Of a stretch of DNA of 64,000 nucleotides, positions 32,976 to 44,220 are shown piece after piece (positions within the stretch are counted from its first letter, which is position 1; every line of letters begins with the position of its first letter). The stretch is from an uncultured Bacilli bacterium. Lineage in GTDB: Bacteria > Bacillota_I > Bacilli_A > RFN20 > CAG-826. Location of the stretch: assembly GCA_944369075.1 (NCBI GenBank), contig CALVXK010000007.1, positions 4,362-68,361 on the forward strand. The letters are read 5' to 3'. A program made the position numbers and the translations under genes. Below the pieces are notes generated by a model, which was given only the letters and a program-made list of their open reading frames with translations, was not told the origin of the DNA and did not search any database.

Positions 32976-35717
32976 CTATTCTGTTGCTGCGTATGTTGGA
33001 ACAACGAATTGATAGGATTGTGCAGAAAGAGTTCCATCTGCTGTAACAACATCGTATTCTAAGTAAATTCCAACAGTTCCACTTTGGCCATCATCATATG
33101 TTGGTAAAATTTCAGCTGTAAATACTAAATCAAGTGGATTATCACCAGCAGGAAGACCTGTTTCTGATTCAGGATCATATTGATCAGCATAATCAGCATA
33201 TGTTAAAGCGTTGAAAATTTCAATACGTCTTAATTTAAGAGATTCGATTCCAGCGCCTTCTGTAGCTGTAATGTGGAATGTATATGTAACTCCAGCATCG
33301 CTCTTAACATAATCATAAGTTAATGCTGAAGGAGCAACTTCTTGACCGGAAGCAACTAAGGAACCTTGATAGCAAGCTGAATAGAATGCATCAAATGAGT
33401 AATATTCTCCATTCCATTCAATTTCATCTGTTACTTTTGATGTATCAGGGCCCCAGTTAAGAGTGAATCCACTTCTACCATCTGAACACCAAATTTGAGT
33501 TAAGCCAAGAGGATCGAGTTGGTAACCAGTAATTGCACCAAAGCCTAAATCGAATTGACCGGCTTTTAAATCGTCATATGTATCAGTATAAGATGTACCA
33601 GGAACAATGTTCTTAATTGAAAGAGTATATCCGTATTCTTTCCAAGCCTCATTAGCAAGAGCTGTCATTGAGGCTGCAGCTGGTTCACCGAATTCATCAA
33701 TATTTGTTTCTGATTGCCAAATACAAACTAGTTCAATATTTGTTGGTTTGTTGACATCACCTTGTTTATATGTTCCTTTAGCAAATTCTTCTTGCATCGC
33801 TCTCTTATAATAAGTAATTGCAGCATCTTCGTTGTAACCACTAGTTTCTGGATACATATCAGCAATGTTAGCTTGATGTTCTGGTGTATCATTCCAGTTA
33901 ACTAAAGTACCGTCACTATTCTTTGTATAGGCTTTATAAGCAGATGAGAAGTAGTTTAATGTAGGTGTCATACCTGAAGCAGCGCCAATTGCTGTTCTAT
34001 CCATTGAGAAGAATAAACCATTAAGGAAGTTCTTGTTGGACATAATAGGTTTGACATCCCAATATTGAGATTTTGGAGTTTGTACAACACTACCATTTTC
34101 ACCGAATAATTCTTCCCAAAGTTCAGGTGTAGTAGCATTTACGTTAAGTTTCCATGTACCTGTATCTGGAATAACTTTAGTTCTTGGATCTGATTTATAT
34201 TGATCAAGTTGTGTAACAGGAATTGTACATGAATCTAACTTGCCAGCTAAGAATTCTTTGAATAATAATTCAGTATCAGTCTTAGCACCAACATAGACAG
34301 CATAGAAGATACCATCTAATTTATACATATCTTGTTCATCTTCTGTCTTAACGTAATTTTCATTCTTTTTGAAGGCAATTCCTTTATCAGTTTCCCAGTG
34401 TGATAAAGTCCATGGTCCAACAGAAATAGTATTATCAACAGGGGAATATGCTCTATCAGTACTCCATTTACCATAAGTTTCAACTCCAATTTGCATTACT
34501 GCATCCATTGGAAGTGGTGAATAATAAGGTAAACCTTGGAATGCATCTCTAAATCCTTCTGCATCAAATTTATTTGCAGTTGTGAAAACAATTGAACTTG
34601 TTGCTTCATCAGCTTTAATTCCAACTTGTTGGAATAATTCGTCATTATAGTCTTGGTTAGCTGTTGCATTGAAATATTGTTGAGCACCTTTTAATAATTG
34701 AGTGTAGCCATCTCCAGCCATCTCAGCGCCTCTATAAAAGCCATAGCTTTGTGTTAAGCCTAATTTAATATTAGTTAAGTAGTCTTCGAGTTGGACTTCT
34801 CTTCCGTTCCAGTCTACTCCACTTCTACTTCCAGCATAAGAATATTTAAGACCATCTTTACCAGTTTTTACTCTAACTCTAAATTGTGTGCCTTGTCCAT
34901 TTTCATCAGCATCAAGAACTTCTGGTAAATCATCTTGTGCTGTTACAGGATAAAGTTCGCCACCATTTTTAACATCATTAAATTTATAATTCCAAAGTGG
35001 TAAAACTGTCAAACCAGCTAACTCATCAATAAGAGTTCCGTTTCCATCCATTGCATAAATTTCAGCTGGATCTTCACTCATACCACTATGCCAATATGAA
35101 CCGTATTCATAATCATCAGAATAGCCTGATAATTTTCCATCGACTGAATAATAAGCAGTTCCACCAAATCCCATTAAGTCTTGATATGTTTCAACAGGTA
35201 ATACAGAACGTTCAGAGTACATATTATAAGCTGTATCAGCAACCATTGGGATACCGGTTAAGAATTCATTATAAGCATATTTTTCTTGAATACCTAATAA
35301 TTGGTTTTTAACTTCTGGTGTTGAAATAGTTAAATTTCTTAAACCAGATGCAGCTTTTGATAAATCGACAACATTTTTAACTTCAAGATAAGCTGAAGCG
35401 CTAACACCTGTTGCACTAGTTGCTGTAACAACAACAGTACCATCACTAACAGCAGTTACTGTACCATTTGTATCAACAGTTGCAACCATAGGATCGCTAG
35501 TTGTCCATGTCCATGTTGTTTCACTACCATCTGATAAAGCAGCAGTGAAAGTTGTTGTAGTACCTTCATCAAGTTCAGAAGCACCGCCCGATAAGGAAGC
35601 AGTAACATTTGGTTCTACTTGTTCTTCTGGTCCACAACTTGTAAGACTATAAATCCCTAACCCGCCAAATGCTACGAGGCAAGATAAAGCTAATACATGT
35701 AGTCTTCTTTTTTTCAT
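32976..35717 (-). CDS. oppA: OppA-like substrate-binding lipoprotein with N-terminal Ig-like (Big_2) domain
   Basis: AAGGAGG RBS; 'SLTSC' lipobox; 'TWTTSDPMVATVDTNGTVTAVSDG' Ig-like motif; 'SVGPWTL..W......FKKNENY' SBP motif; first gene of the opp operon. Confidence 0.8.
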   Translation of the reverse strand: MKKRRLHVLALSCLVAFGGLGIYSLTSCGPEEQVEPNVTASLSGGASELDEGTTTTFTAALSDGSETTWTWTTSDPMVATVDTNGTVTAVSDGTVVVTATSATGVSASAYLEVKNVVDLSKAASGLRNLTISTPEVKNQLLGIQEKYAYNEFLTGIPMVADTAYNMYSERSVLPVETYQDLMGFGGTAYYSVDGKLSGYSDDYEYGSYWHSGMSEDPAEIYAMDGNGTLIDELAGLTVLPLWNYKFNDVKNGGELYPVTAQDDLPEVLDADENGQGTQFRVRVKTGKDGLKYSYAGSRSGVDWNGREVQLEDYLTNIKLGLTQSYGFYRGAEMAGDGYTQLLKGAQQYFNATANQDYNDELFQQVGIKADEATSSIVFTTANKFDAEGFRDAFQGLPYYSPLPMDAVMQIGVETYGKWSTDRAYSPVDNTISVGPWTLSHWETDKGIAFKKNENYVKTEDEQDMYKLDGIFYAVYVGAKTDTELLFKEFLAGKLDSCTIPVTQLDQYKSDPRTKVIPDTGTWKLNVNATTPELWEELFGENGSVVQTPKSQYWDVKPIMSNKNFLNGLFFSMDRTAIGAASGMTPTLNYFSSAYKAYTKNSDGTLVNWNDTPEHQANIADMYPETSGYNEDAAITYYKRAMQEEFAKGTYKQGDVNKPTNIELVCIWQSETNIDEFGEPAAASMTALANEAWKEYGYTLSIKNIVPGTSYTDTYDDLKAGQFDLGFGAITGYQLDPLGLTQIWCSDGRSGFTLNWGPDTSKVTDEIEWNGEYYSFDAFYSACYQGSLVASGQEVAPSALTYDYVKSDAGVTYTFHITATEGAGIESLKLRRIEIFNALTYADYADQYDPESETGLPAGDNPLDLVFTAEILPTYDDGQSGTVGIYLEYDVVTADGTLSAQSYQFVVPTYAATE

Positions 35718-35864
35718 AAATTTCCTCCTTAAGAAATAGTTTTCAAAGGAATTATTAAGATAATAACTAATTCCTTGCTTCAATATGTTTAAAATTCTAC
35801 ATTTGAGAAGTAAAAATTATACAAAAAATTTTTATTCTTAATATTATATTAATGTTTTAAATGA

Positions 35865-36290
35865 CTAATTTGTTAATAATAAAAAAGTTACTATTGCACC
35901 AATAAGATATATAATTCCATAGAAAAAATAGAATACAAAATTCCGTCTATTTCTAATTCTTTTTTCCTCTTTTAAATTTTTATATGAAATAACATCTTCG
36001 TATTTTTTATCTCCGCCTTTTTTATAAGAATATAATAAATTTGCAAAAGAATAAGACATTAAATCAAATGTTCCTTGATTTCCTACAATTTGAAGAACGC
36101 CAACACCTATAAAAATGGCTCCAGTGATGAAAAAAGAATCACAAGCAACTTTTAAAGTTAGGTCAAAGAAGCATAAAAAACAAAGACCAAAAATTACAAT
36201 CGATATGGCAAATAGAATAAGTATATAAGATATATGCGAAGTAATTAAATTCTTAAAATTTAAGAAAAATATATATAGTTTGTTTTTCAT
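35865..36290 (-). CDS. Small membrane protein (DUF3899-like)
   Basis: 3 TM; 'DSFFITG', 'QGTFDLMSYSF'; family recalled as often opp-adjacent. Confidence 0.6.
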   Translation of the reverse strand: MKNKLYIFFLNFKNLITSHISYILILFAISIVIFGLCFLCFFDLTLKVACDSFFITGAIFIGVGVLQIVGNQGTFDLMSYSFANLLYSYKKGGDKKYEDVISYKNLKEEKRIRNRRNFVFYFFYGIIYLIGAIVTFLLLTN

Positions 36291-36346
36291 AAAGTAGATT
36301 TTAGCAAAAATAGAGTGATTAAAAAACAAAAATAATTGAGTTTTAG

Positions 36347-39300
36347 TTAATCATTATTGTTTTTTTTATCTTTCATTACTACTATGAAAGTAACAATTAA
36401 ACCAATTACTATTAATCCACCAACAACCGATAATCCAATAACAAGAGGTAAATTAATATCAGATTTAATATCGCCACTAAATGTAACTAAAAAATCATAT
36501 GAATTAGCTGAATTAATATTTTTTGAATTATCAAAAGTAAAGGTTAAAGATGTGCCATTTTTATTAGATGAAAGTGAAGTAAGATTAGAACTACTACCAT
36601 TTTCATCACTTAAAGAATAAACCGTGCTATCAGCATTAATATATGTATCTTCTAATGATAAAACAACAGTGTAAGGTGATTCTTTATCGAGTTTTTGATA
36701 CATTCCAACTGGATTAGTAATTGATAAAGAATAACCGAAAGTATTTTTATTACCATTATATAATCCATAATTTATGCTATCTAAATAAACGACATCTGTT
36801 TCATTGATATTCTTATTAAAAACTAAAGCATTTAAATTAGATACGCTTCTTCCATAAAGTACTCCATAGTTTTTCCCAATAACTTCAATAAATAAGTCAT
36901 TATAAGAATTAAATAAATCATTAAAACCAGGCAATACAATTTCATTAAGATTTAAAGTAAATGAGAAAGATCCATTATCTAATTTAGTTTTAGTTAATAC
37001 CTCACCGTTTACTCTAACTTGAGCAATATCGTCTTTAGAAGAAACAATAGTTAAAGTTTTAGTATCATAATAAATCTCTTCAAGTTCAACATCATTAACT
37101 TCAGAATCTATCTCTAAAATATATTCTTTAGTATATGTATAATCATCAAATAAAGTATAAGTAAATTTTAAAGAGTATGTTCCATCTTCAAAATAATTTC
37201 CGCTTTCTTTATCTTTTAACGGAATAATTGTATAAGCAAAATCTGCAAAAATACCATTATTTACTAAATTAACACTAGCTTTAGATTTAACTAAAGAATA
37301 ATCGTCTTCTTCACTAACCATTGTATCAAACATATGGTCAGTTAAAACAACCTTATTTGTATCTAAAGAAGTTAAAGTAATTTCATTTGTCTTAACACTT
37401 CTATTAACAAAGTTTTGGATATATAAAGTATCAGCGCTACCTATATTACCAGCATAAAGAATAAATTTATCTTCATTTTCATCATAAGAATAATTAATAG
37501 GAATAAATAAATCATCAATACTTTTTTCGTTTAAAATAACGCTTTCCATATCAAGTTGATCTAAACCTAAATTAGTTACACCCATAAACGAACCAAAATT
37601 CATTGCTTTAAATCCAAGTGTTTCGCCAAAATTATTTAACATATCTGAAGAATAAACTTTATTATCACCATAATATTCTTTTTCAAAATTATATGGTTCA
37701 ATTACATCTTCTTTATGGTAATCACCTAAGAATCCAAGTACAGGAATAGATAAATCAACTAAATTAGCATTATTAGTATCATTATTTAATGTTACATAAC
37801 CTTCTAAATATGTTCCATTAGGGAAATCTTTTAAGATTGAATCTAAAGTTGATTTATCTAATTGATAATCAATACAAATAGTTTGATTTTCGTTTCCATC
37901 TAAATTCACTTCGAAAGAATCACTAATTACTTCTTTAGTGTAGAAGCTATCTTGAACTTTTTCACCTTTTAAAAATCCATTAGAATTTTCGCTATCAACA
38001 TAAGTAATAGTTGGTGTTCCTAAAGATAAATTTAAAGTATATTTACCAGTTAAATTCTCTTTATTAACAACATTAATATCAAACTTAACATGTCCTTCAC
38101 TTATTTCAGGATTATTTTTTAATTCAATCGCTGATTCATGAGTTAATGGATCTTCTAAATAGATTTTAGTTTTAATTGCATCACTTACATCAACTTCTCC
38201 TGCTCCGACTTTTCTAACACTTACATAAGATTCATTAGCTTGTTTAATAGGATTGGCTGTTGACATAATTCTATTTAATAAAGTATCTTTAAATTCTTTT
38301 TCTTCATTTTCATCTTTAAAATCTTGACTTGATAAGATTAAAGCTTCAGCCCCACTAAAATTAGGTGTAGCCATCGATGTTCCTGAAAGATAACGATATT
38401 CGTTATTTGTTGTAACACCATTATTAGAAGCTGAAATACCAGCAATATTTTGTCCTGGTGCACTAATTTGTGGATTAATATCGAGTAACTGTGAACTTCC
38501 TTCACTAGAAAAATCTGAAGCTAAACTTTTAGTGATATAAATAGCTTTTTCTTCTTGATTAAGTAATGTTTGATAGCTTTCATAAGAAATTGAATAAGTA
38601 GGAATTAAATCATCACTTTTATTTCCTTGTAAGTCATAATTTATTAAACTTCCTAAACCTTCTTGATTAGCGATAATAATTCCAATTGCTCCATGGCTTT
38701 TAGCATTTTTAATTTTACTTACTAAATCAATATCGCCTCTTTTAACTAAAGCAATTTTACCAGTTACATCAACATCATTGTAATCGCTATTATCACCAAC
38801 TCCTGGAACAATTACATATTCATACTTTCCAACAGTTTCGTCATTATCGAGTAATGACCACATCATTTTTGGTTCAGAATTATAATTTAATAATGAGCTA
38901 GTAATTTCATCATAGCCATAAATCTTAATTCCAGAAACTGTTGAGATATCGGAAGTTACAGAATTATCACTAGTTAAATTAGTTGAAGCAACTGAAGTTA
39001 CTCCATCTAAAACGTTATAACCACCTAAACTACCATTTTCAACATTGTTAACATTATCATTGCGGTAAGATTCAAAAGTATTGAAGTTTCCTTTACCATT
39101 ATTGCCACTAGCAAAATTAACTTCGGTACCATTTTCTTTGAGTCTAGAAATTAATATTTGAGCATTTTCATCTTCTGTTAAAGAAGATTCGTCTAAATCA
39201 GTACCAAAAGAACAAGAAACAATATCTGCGCCTAAGTAATATGCATCATTTAGCGCTTTAAAAATTGCATCATCACTTAAAATATTATCTCCGCTTAATC

Positions 39301-40144
39301 CAGGAACTTCTCCACCTACTTTCATTAAAGCAAGTTGCGCATTTGGAGCAACCCCTTTAAAAGTACCATTAGCCCCTAAAATAGAAGCAACGTGAGATCC
39401 ATGAACCCCGCTAGAATACATTAAATCATCATCTTCTTTAATAGGTTCATATGTAGTTTTATTTAGTGTTCCACCATAATCATGGTAATAAGGTATTTTT
39501 CTATTTAAATAATAATTTAAATTAGTTAAATCAGCCTCAAAATCACTTGATTTAACAATTGAATCAACATTACTTTTAGATACTTTAACATTAATCGAAG
39601 AATCTAAATCTTTAAAAGCTTCATGATGAATATTAAAAGAATCATCAAGTATCGCCACAAGTACTCCTTCTCCATCATTTGTAATACTTGAAGAAGGAAC
39701 GTTCATATCTTTAATTGAATCATTCTCTAAAGGAGTCTTATATATTTCTTCAACATTATTTTCAACATCAAAAGAATTACTACTTATAGTGTAATAATTA
39801 TTCTCATCTACACTTAAAACAGAACTTAAACTTTTTAACTTACTAGTATTGTTAGAATTAATATTTAATCTAACCCCATGAATAATACCTTCATAAGATT
39901 CAATAAAATCATAACTAATATTATTATCGTTTAATTCTTTAAATAAATCTTCTTTGCTATAAGATTGATTTAATAAAACAATTGTATCTTGGTCTTTAAT
40001 TAATTTTCTTCCTAATGAATTATAGTAAGAACTAGATTCATTTGTATTTGATGAATTAAATGATAGTGATATTGATGTAAGAATGGAACTTGTACCAATA
40101 AGTAATGCTGTTGGAAGTAATATATGTTTAAAAATATTTTTCAT
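36347..40144 (-). CDS. Cell-surface S8 subtilisin-like serine protease (PA domain; lactocepin/C5a-peptidase-like), C-terminally membrane anchored
   Basis: Triad 'VAILDD', 'HGSHVA', 'GTSMATP'; PA 'GKIALVKRG'; signal peptide; C-terminal TM plus basic tail. Confidence 0.9.
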   Translation of the reverse strand: MKNIFKHILLPTALLIGTSSILTSISLSFNSSNTNESSSYYNSLGRKLIKDQDTIVLLNQSYSKEDLFKELNDNNISYDFIESYEGIIHGVRLNINSNNTSKLKSLSSVLSVDENNYYTISSNSFDVENNVEEIYKTPLENDSIKDMNVPSSSITNDGEGVLVAILDDSFNIHHEAFKDLDSSINVKVSKSNVDSIVKSSDFEADLTNLNYYLNRKIPYYHDYGGTLNKTTYEPIKEDDDLMYSSGVHGSHVASILGANGTFKGVAPNAQLALMKVGGEVPGLSGDNILSDDAIFKALNDAYYLGADIVSCSFGTDLDESSLTEDENAQILISRLKENGTEVNFASGNNGKGNFNTFESYRNDNVNNVENGSLGGYNVLDGVTSVASTNLTSDNSVTSDISTVSGIKIYGYDEITSSLLNYNSEPKMMWSLLDNDETVGKYEYVIVPGVGDNSDYNDVDVTGKIALVKRGDIDLVSKIKNAKSHGAIGIIIANQEGLGSLINYDLQGNKSDDLIPTYSISYESYQTLLNQEEKAIYITKSLASDFSSEGSSQLLDINPQISAPGQNIAGISASNNGVTTNNEYRYLSGTSMATPNFSGAEALILSSQDFKDENEEKEFKDTLLNRIMSTANPIKQANESYVSVRKVGAGEVDVSDAIKTKIYLEDPLTHESAIELKNNPEISEGHVKFDINVVNKENLTGKYTLNLSLGTPTITYVDSENSNGFLKGEKVQDSFYTKEVISDSFEVNLDGNENQTICIDYQLDKSTLDSILKDFPNGTYLEGYVTLNNDTNNANLVDLSIPVLGFLGDYHKEDVIEPYNFEKEYYGDNKVYSSDMLNNFGETLGFKAMNFGSFMGVTNLGLDQLDMESVILNEKSIDDLFIPINYSYDENEDKFILYAGNIGSADTLYIQNFVNRSVKTNEITLTSLDTNKVVLTDHMFDTMVSEEDDYSLVKSKASVNLVNNGIFADFAYTIIPLKDKESGNYFEDGTYSLKFTYTLFDDYTYTKEYILEIDSEVNDVELEEIYYDTKTLTIVSSKDDIAQVRVNGEVLTKTKLDNGSFSFTLNLNEIVLPGFNDLFNSYNDLFIEVIGKNYGVLYGRSVSNLNALVFNKNINETDVVYLDSINYGLYNGNKNTFGYSLSITNPVGMYQKLDKESPYTVVLSLEDTYINADSTVYSLSDENGSSSNLTSLSSNKNGTSLTFTFDNSKNINSANSYDFLVTFSGDIKSDINLPLVIGLSVVGGLIVIGLIVTFIVVMKDKKNNND

Positions 40145-40284
40145 AACTAAAATCTCCTTAAAGACAGTCAATATATTTATTATTCTATGATTTTAATTTT
40201 TGTAAATATAAATATCTATTAAAGAGATATTTTAGGTTGCAAGTAGTAATATAGTATATATTTAGTATATATTTGTTAAATAAA

Positions 40285-40316
40285 AACTCTATAACTTGTT
40301 GCTAAGCTATAGAGTT
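40285..40316 (-). terminator. Intrinsic terminator after prs
   Basis: AACTCTATAACTT / AAGCTATAGAGTT hairpin. Confidence 0.65.
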
Positions 40317-40340
40317 AATGTTTAATTAAAATAATTAATA

Positions 40341-41315
40341 TTATCTAAATTTAGCGTATTCGATTCTGATATCCTCATGTGATTCATGAGATTTAATGAT
40401 ATCAGCAATCATCTTAGCAATTGAAATTACTTTAATTTTATTAGAACCTTCAAATTCTTCGTGTTCAATAGTATCAGTTACAATACATTCTGTAACATAA
40501 TCTGCAGCTTCCATTCTAGCTTTTGCTTCGCCATTAAATAAAGCATGTGATACGCAAAGGAATACTTCTCTTGCTCCTTTATCTTTTAATGCTTTAGCAC
40601 CAGCTAAAATAGTTCCACCTGTATCAATAATATCATCAACCATTACACAGACTTTACCATTAATATCGCCAACAACATTTAAAATTTCAGCAACATTTGG
40701 TTTTGGTCTTCTTTTATCTATAACAACAATGTTGGTATTAGGAATAAATGAAGCTAAGTCTCTAGCTCTATGCATTGCACCATGATCAGGAGCAACAATA
40801 GCTACATTTTTACCAGTAAAATTTGGATCATCTTTTAATCTTTTATTTAAATATTTAGCGAAAAGATATGATGGGGTAGTATTATCTACTGGAATTCCAA
40901 AGAATCCTTGAATTTGAGGGGTATGTAAATCGACAGTAATAACTCTTTTAACGCCAGAATTAGTAAATAAATCGGCAACCATTCTAGCGGTAATTGGTTC
41001 ATTTTTAGAAGCAATTCTATCTTGTCTAGCATAACCATAATAAGGCATTATTAAGGTAATTTCTCTAGCATTTGCTCTTTTAATGGCATCTATGAAAATA
41101 AGTGTTTCCATGATTCTATCGTTAACTGGTTTAGAAGTTGACTGAATAATATAAACTTTTTTACCTCTTACATCACTTTTAGATAATGCGATACATTCTC
41201 CATCAGCAAAATGTTTTACTTCACTTTCTCCCATTTTCATATCTAATTGTTCACATACTTTTTTAGTGAGCGAGATGGATGAAGTAAGTGAGAAGATAAT
41301 AATGTCTTTTAACAT
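40341..41315 (-). CDS. prs: Ribose-phosphate pyrophosphokinase
   Basis: 'FADGE', 'PYYGYARQDR', 'DLHTPQIQGFF', 'VDDIIDTGGT'. Confidence 0.96.
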   Translation of the reverse strand: MLKDIIIFSLTSSISLTKKVCEQLDMKMGESEVKHFADGECIALSKSDVRGKKVYIIQSTSKPVNDRIMETLIFIDAIKRANAREITLIMPYYGYARQDRIASKNEPITARMVADLFTNSGVKRVITVDLHTPQIQGFFGIPVDNTTPSYLFAKYLNKRLKDDPNFTGKNVAIVAPDHGAMHRARDLASFIPNTNIVVIDKRRPKPNVAEILNVVGDINGKVCVMVDDIIDTGGTILAGAKALKDKGAREVFLCVSHALFNGEAKARMEAADYVTECIVTDTIEHEEFEGSNKIKVISIAKMIADIIKSHESHEDIRIEYAKFR

Positions 41316-42230
41316 GGCTTTTCCCCCAAAAATAAGAATAATAATTTTTTAACGCCAAAATATTATATCGATAATTATCTTCCTTTTAAAGTATTATTTA
41401 TAACTATAAAGTCTATATTTATCATTAAAATAGCGTTTAAACATAGTAATGTTGATTCATTTTTTATAAAGTTATTTTAAATTATCTTTTATGCTTATCT
41501 TATTTAGATAATATTATTGAAATAATAATAATTTAAAAAATAACAAGTAAAGTAAAAGTAATTATAGAAGTTTTTATTATAGCAATTTATTTGATTAAAT
41601 AATTTTACTTTTAAATTTTTGCCTTATTTAAATTTAAAAATTTACTCCCCAAAATTTATATTAAGAAGATTCAAACCAAAGGAAGAAACTATTTTAAATC
41701 TTTTGTGTATTACTTGTACTTTTTATCATCTTGTAAAGCGAAAATAGCAAATACATAATAATTGACGAAGAATAAGTCCTAAGACATTAATAGACATAGA
41801 TGATTTATATGGCATTTATAATCATAAAAACAGATACGGAAGAGCAATTGTTATAAATCTAAATAAAGTCTGTAATTTTAGAACTTATGTAAAAGGAAAT
41901 ATTCGAAGAAAAAGTTAATATAGGAGGTTATTTTTAAAATAGAATCTAATATAAAAAACTTACGTGAAACATGTGTTTATTATTTAAAAGAAGCATTATC
42001 TATACTCCAAAAGGGTCTATTCGATTATTTAGAAGATATTTATGAGAAATTCACGAAGCTAACGGTATTTTTCTAGATTAAGGAAATAGTTATCAAGTTT
42101 GTTGCTTCTTCTTTTAAATAATAAATAAATAATCTACTAAATATATTAAAGAAATAATTATTCCTAGTTATTAAATTGTCTTGCATTTCTAATTTAAGAT
42201 AACTATATTTTTCTAGGAGTTTTTATTTGT

Positions 42231-43658
42231 ATGACTTTAAAGCGTGAAATAAATATGACTGAAGGTAATTTTAAAACCTTATGGAAAAAAGTCTTTTTAT
42301 ATTCTTTACCAATTATTTTGGTAGGTGTTCTTGAAATATTATTTAATACTTTTGATTTAATAACAATTGAGGGAAAAGAAGGTGAACTAGCTGCGGCTGC
42401 AGTTGGAGCTAATGCTGGATTTATAGCTTTATTAACTAATGTTTTTATTGGTTTATCTACAGGTGAAAACGTAGTTATGGCCAGACACTATGGAAGAAAC
42501 GATAGTGAAGGTGGAGAAAAATGTGCTTCTACTGGTTTACTAATTGCTTTTATTGCCGGAATTATAATTGCTCTTATTGGTTATTTCATTACCCCTTCCT
42601 TACTTAAAGTCATGCAGGTTGAAGATTCTTATTTTGATTTAGCCGTAACTTATCTTCAACTTTATTTCTTCGCTATGCCTTTTATGGCAATATATAATTT
42701 TGGATCTGCTACTTTTAGAGGTATGGGTGATTCTACTACTCCTTTAATATTCTTAATTATTGCTGGAGTTGTTCATATCGCTTTAGATTATCTTTTTGTT
42801 TATGGATTTAATATGTCAGTTCAAGGTGTAGCTTTATCAAATATTATTTCTTATGCTTTAGCTGCTATATTAGTTTTACTTTTTCTTAGATACAAGAAAA
42901 GTTTTATTAAATTTAGATTTAAAGATATTAGATTTAGAAGAGAAAGTGCTTTAGAAATATTAAAAATTGGTATACCTTCAGCTTTGGAAGGTATGGTATT
43001 TGCAATATCAAATATCTTACTTCAATCAAGCGTTAATACTTGGGGGAGCAAGGTTGTTGAAGCAAATGCTGATTGTGAAAATATAGAAAACTTTGTTTAT
43101 ACAACAACATTTTGCTTAGCTCAAGGTGGTGCAGCATTTGTTTCAGCAAATTATTCTATTGGGAAAAAGAAAAATGTTATTAATTTAGTTAAAATAATTG
43201 AACTTAATGCCTTTATTGTTGGCCTTATACTTGGACTTATCTTCTTAGCTTTAAATAGACCTTTAATTTATGCTTATAGTGGTGGAAAAGCTGATGAAGA
43301 ACTTTATAGTCTTTGTTTTGAAAGACTTGTACTACTTCTTTCAACATATTTTTTATGTGGCATGATGGATGGAATTACTAATTCGCTTAGAGGTATGAAT
43401 AAGCCTTTGGTGCCAATGTTAATTACGATATTTTTCTTATGTATATTTAGAGTATTTCGGAACTTTGTGGTTTATTCTCCAGAAGTTGGTAATCCTAGAC
43501 ATTCAACAATATTACTTTATGTTTGTTATCCAATTTCTTGGATTATGTCGTCATTATTCCAACTTCTTTATCTATATATTAAAAGAAAGAAAATTAGTAA
43601 AGAACTTGAAGAAAATAGAATTATTTATCAAGAAAAAGCTACGAATCCTACTTGCTAG
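42231..43658 (+). CDS. MATE family efflux transporter
   Basis: About 12 TM; 'FRGMGDSTTPL', 'LKIGIPSALE', 'SLRGM', C-terminal 'CIFRVF[CGG]' and 'YPISW'. Confidence 0.92.
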   Translation: MTLKREINMTEGNFKTLWKKVFLYSLPIILVGVLEILFNTFDLITIEGKEGELAAAAVGANAGFIALLTNVFIGLSTGENVVMARHYGRNDSEGGEKCASTGLLIAFIAGIIIALIGYFITPSLLKVMQVEDSYFDLAVTYLQLYFFAMPFMAIYNFGSATFRGMGDSTTPLIFLIIAGVVHIALDYLFVYGFNMSVQGVALSNIISYALAAILVLLFLRYKKSFIKFRFKDIRFRRESALEILKIGIPSALEGMVFAISNILLQSSVNTWGSKVVEANADCENIENFVYTTTFCLAQGGAAFVSANYSIGKKKNVINLVKIIELNAFIVGLILGLIFLALNRPLIYAYSGGKADEELYSLCFERLVLLLSTYFLCGMMDGITNSLRGMNKPLVPMLITIFFLCIFRVFRNFVVYSPEVGNPRHSTILLYVCYPISWIMSSLFQLLYLYIKRKKISKELEENRIIYQEKATNPTC

Positions 43659-43659
43659 T

Positions 43660-44210
43660 TAATGGAATTAAAAAATCCTTGCAGCCTATAAAAATACGTT
43701 ATGTCAAAATTAGTAAATAACAATGATTACTATCTTTTTATTGATAAAATTCAATTTTGTCAAGATTTCGAAGGTGTATTAAATAATTTTCTGCATATTA
43801 AGAATCTAGATGTTTATGTAGCTGGTTCAAATTCAAAATTATTGTCAAAAGATATAATCTCCGAATTTAGAGAAAGAGGAGATAAAATTCATCTTTCTCC
43901 TTTATCTTTTAAAGAATTTCATTCTAACTCTAATAATTTTGATGAAGCATATAACACTTACATTACTTTTGCGAAATGTCTCTAGTTCTACCTAAAACTA
44001 GTGATGAGAAAAAATGACTTACTTAAAAGATTTATTTAAAGAAACATAGATTAGGGATATTATCAAAAAAAATAAAATTACAAAATAAAAAAGATGCTAA
44101 ATTAATATTCCTGTTTCATTTAAAAAGTTGTTGTTAGACATAATATCGAATCTAATCTCGATGATAGCGGAATATTTATGATATCTATTAAAGATTTCTT
44201 ATTAAACAAT
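43660..44210 (+). pseudogene. Decayed AAA_14/DUF4143 ATPase
   Basis: 'YLFIDKIQ', 'GSNSKLLSKDIISEFR', 'PLSFKEF', then fragments 'YLKDLFKET*IRDII' and 'DDSGIFMISIKDFLL' with stops and frameshifts. Confidence 0.7.
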
Positions 44211-44220
44211 AATATTCTTA

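Noticed and set aside
40245-40275. Possible NrdR-box-like palindrome upstream of the protease
   Set aside because: Weak match in AT-rich DNA and far from nrdAB.
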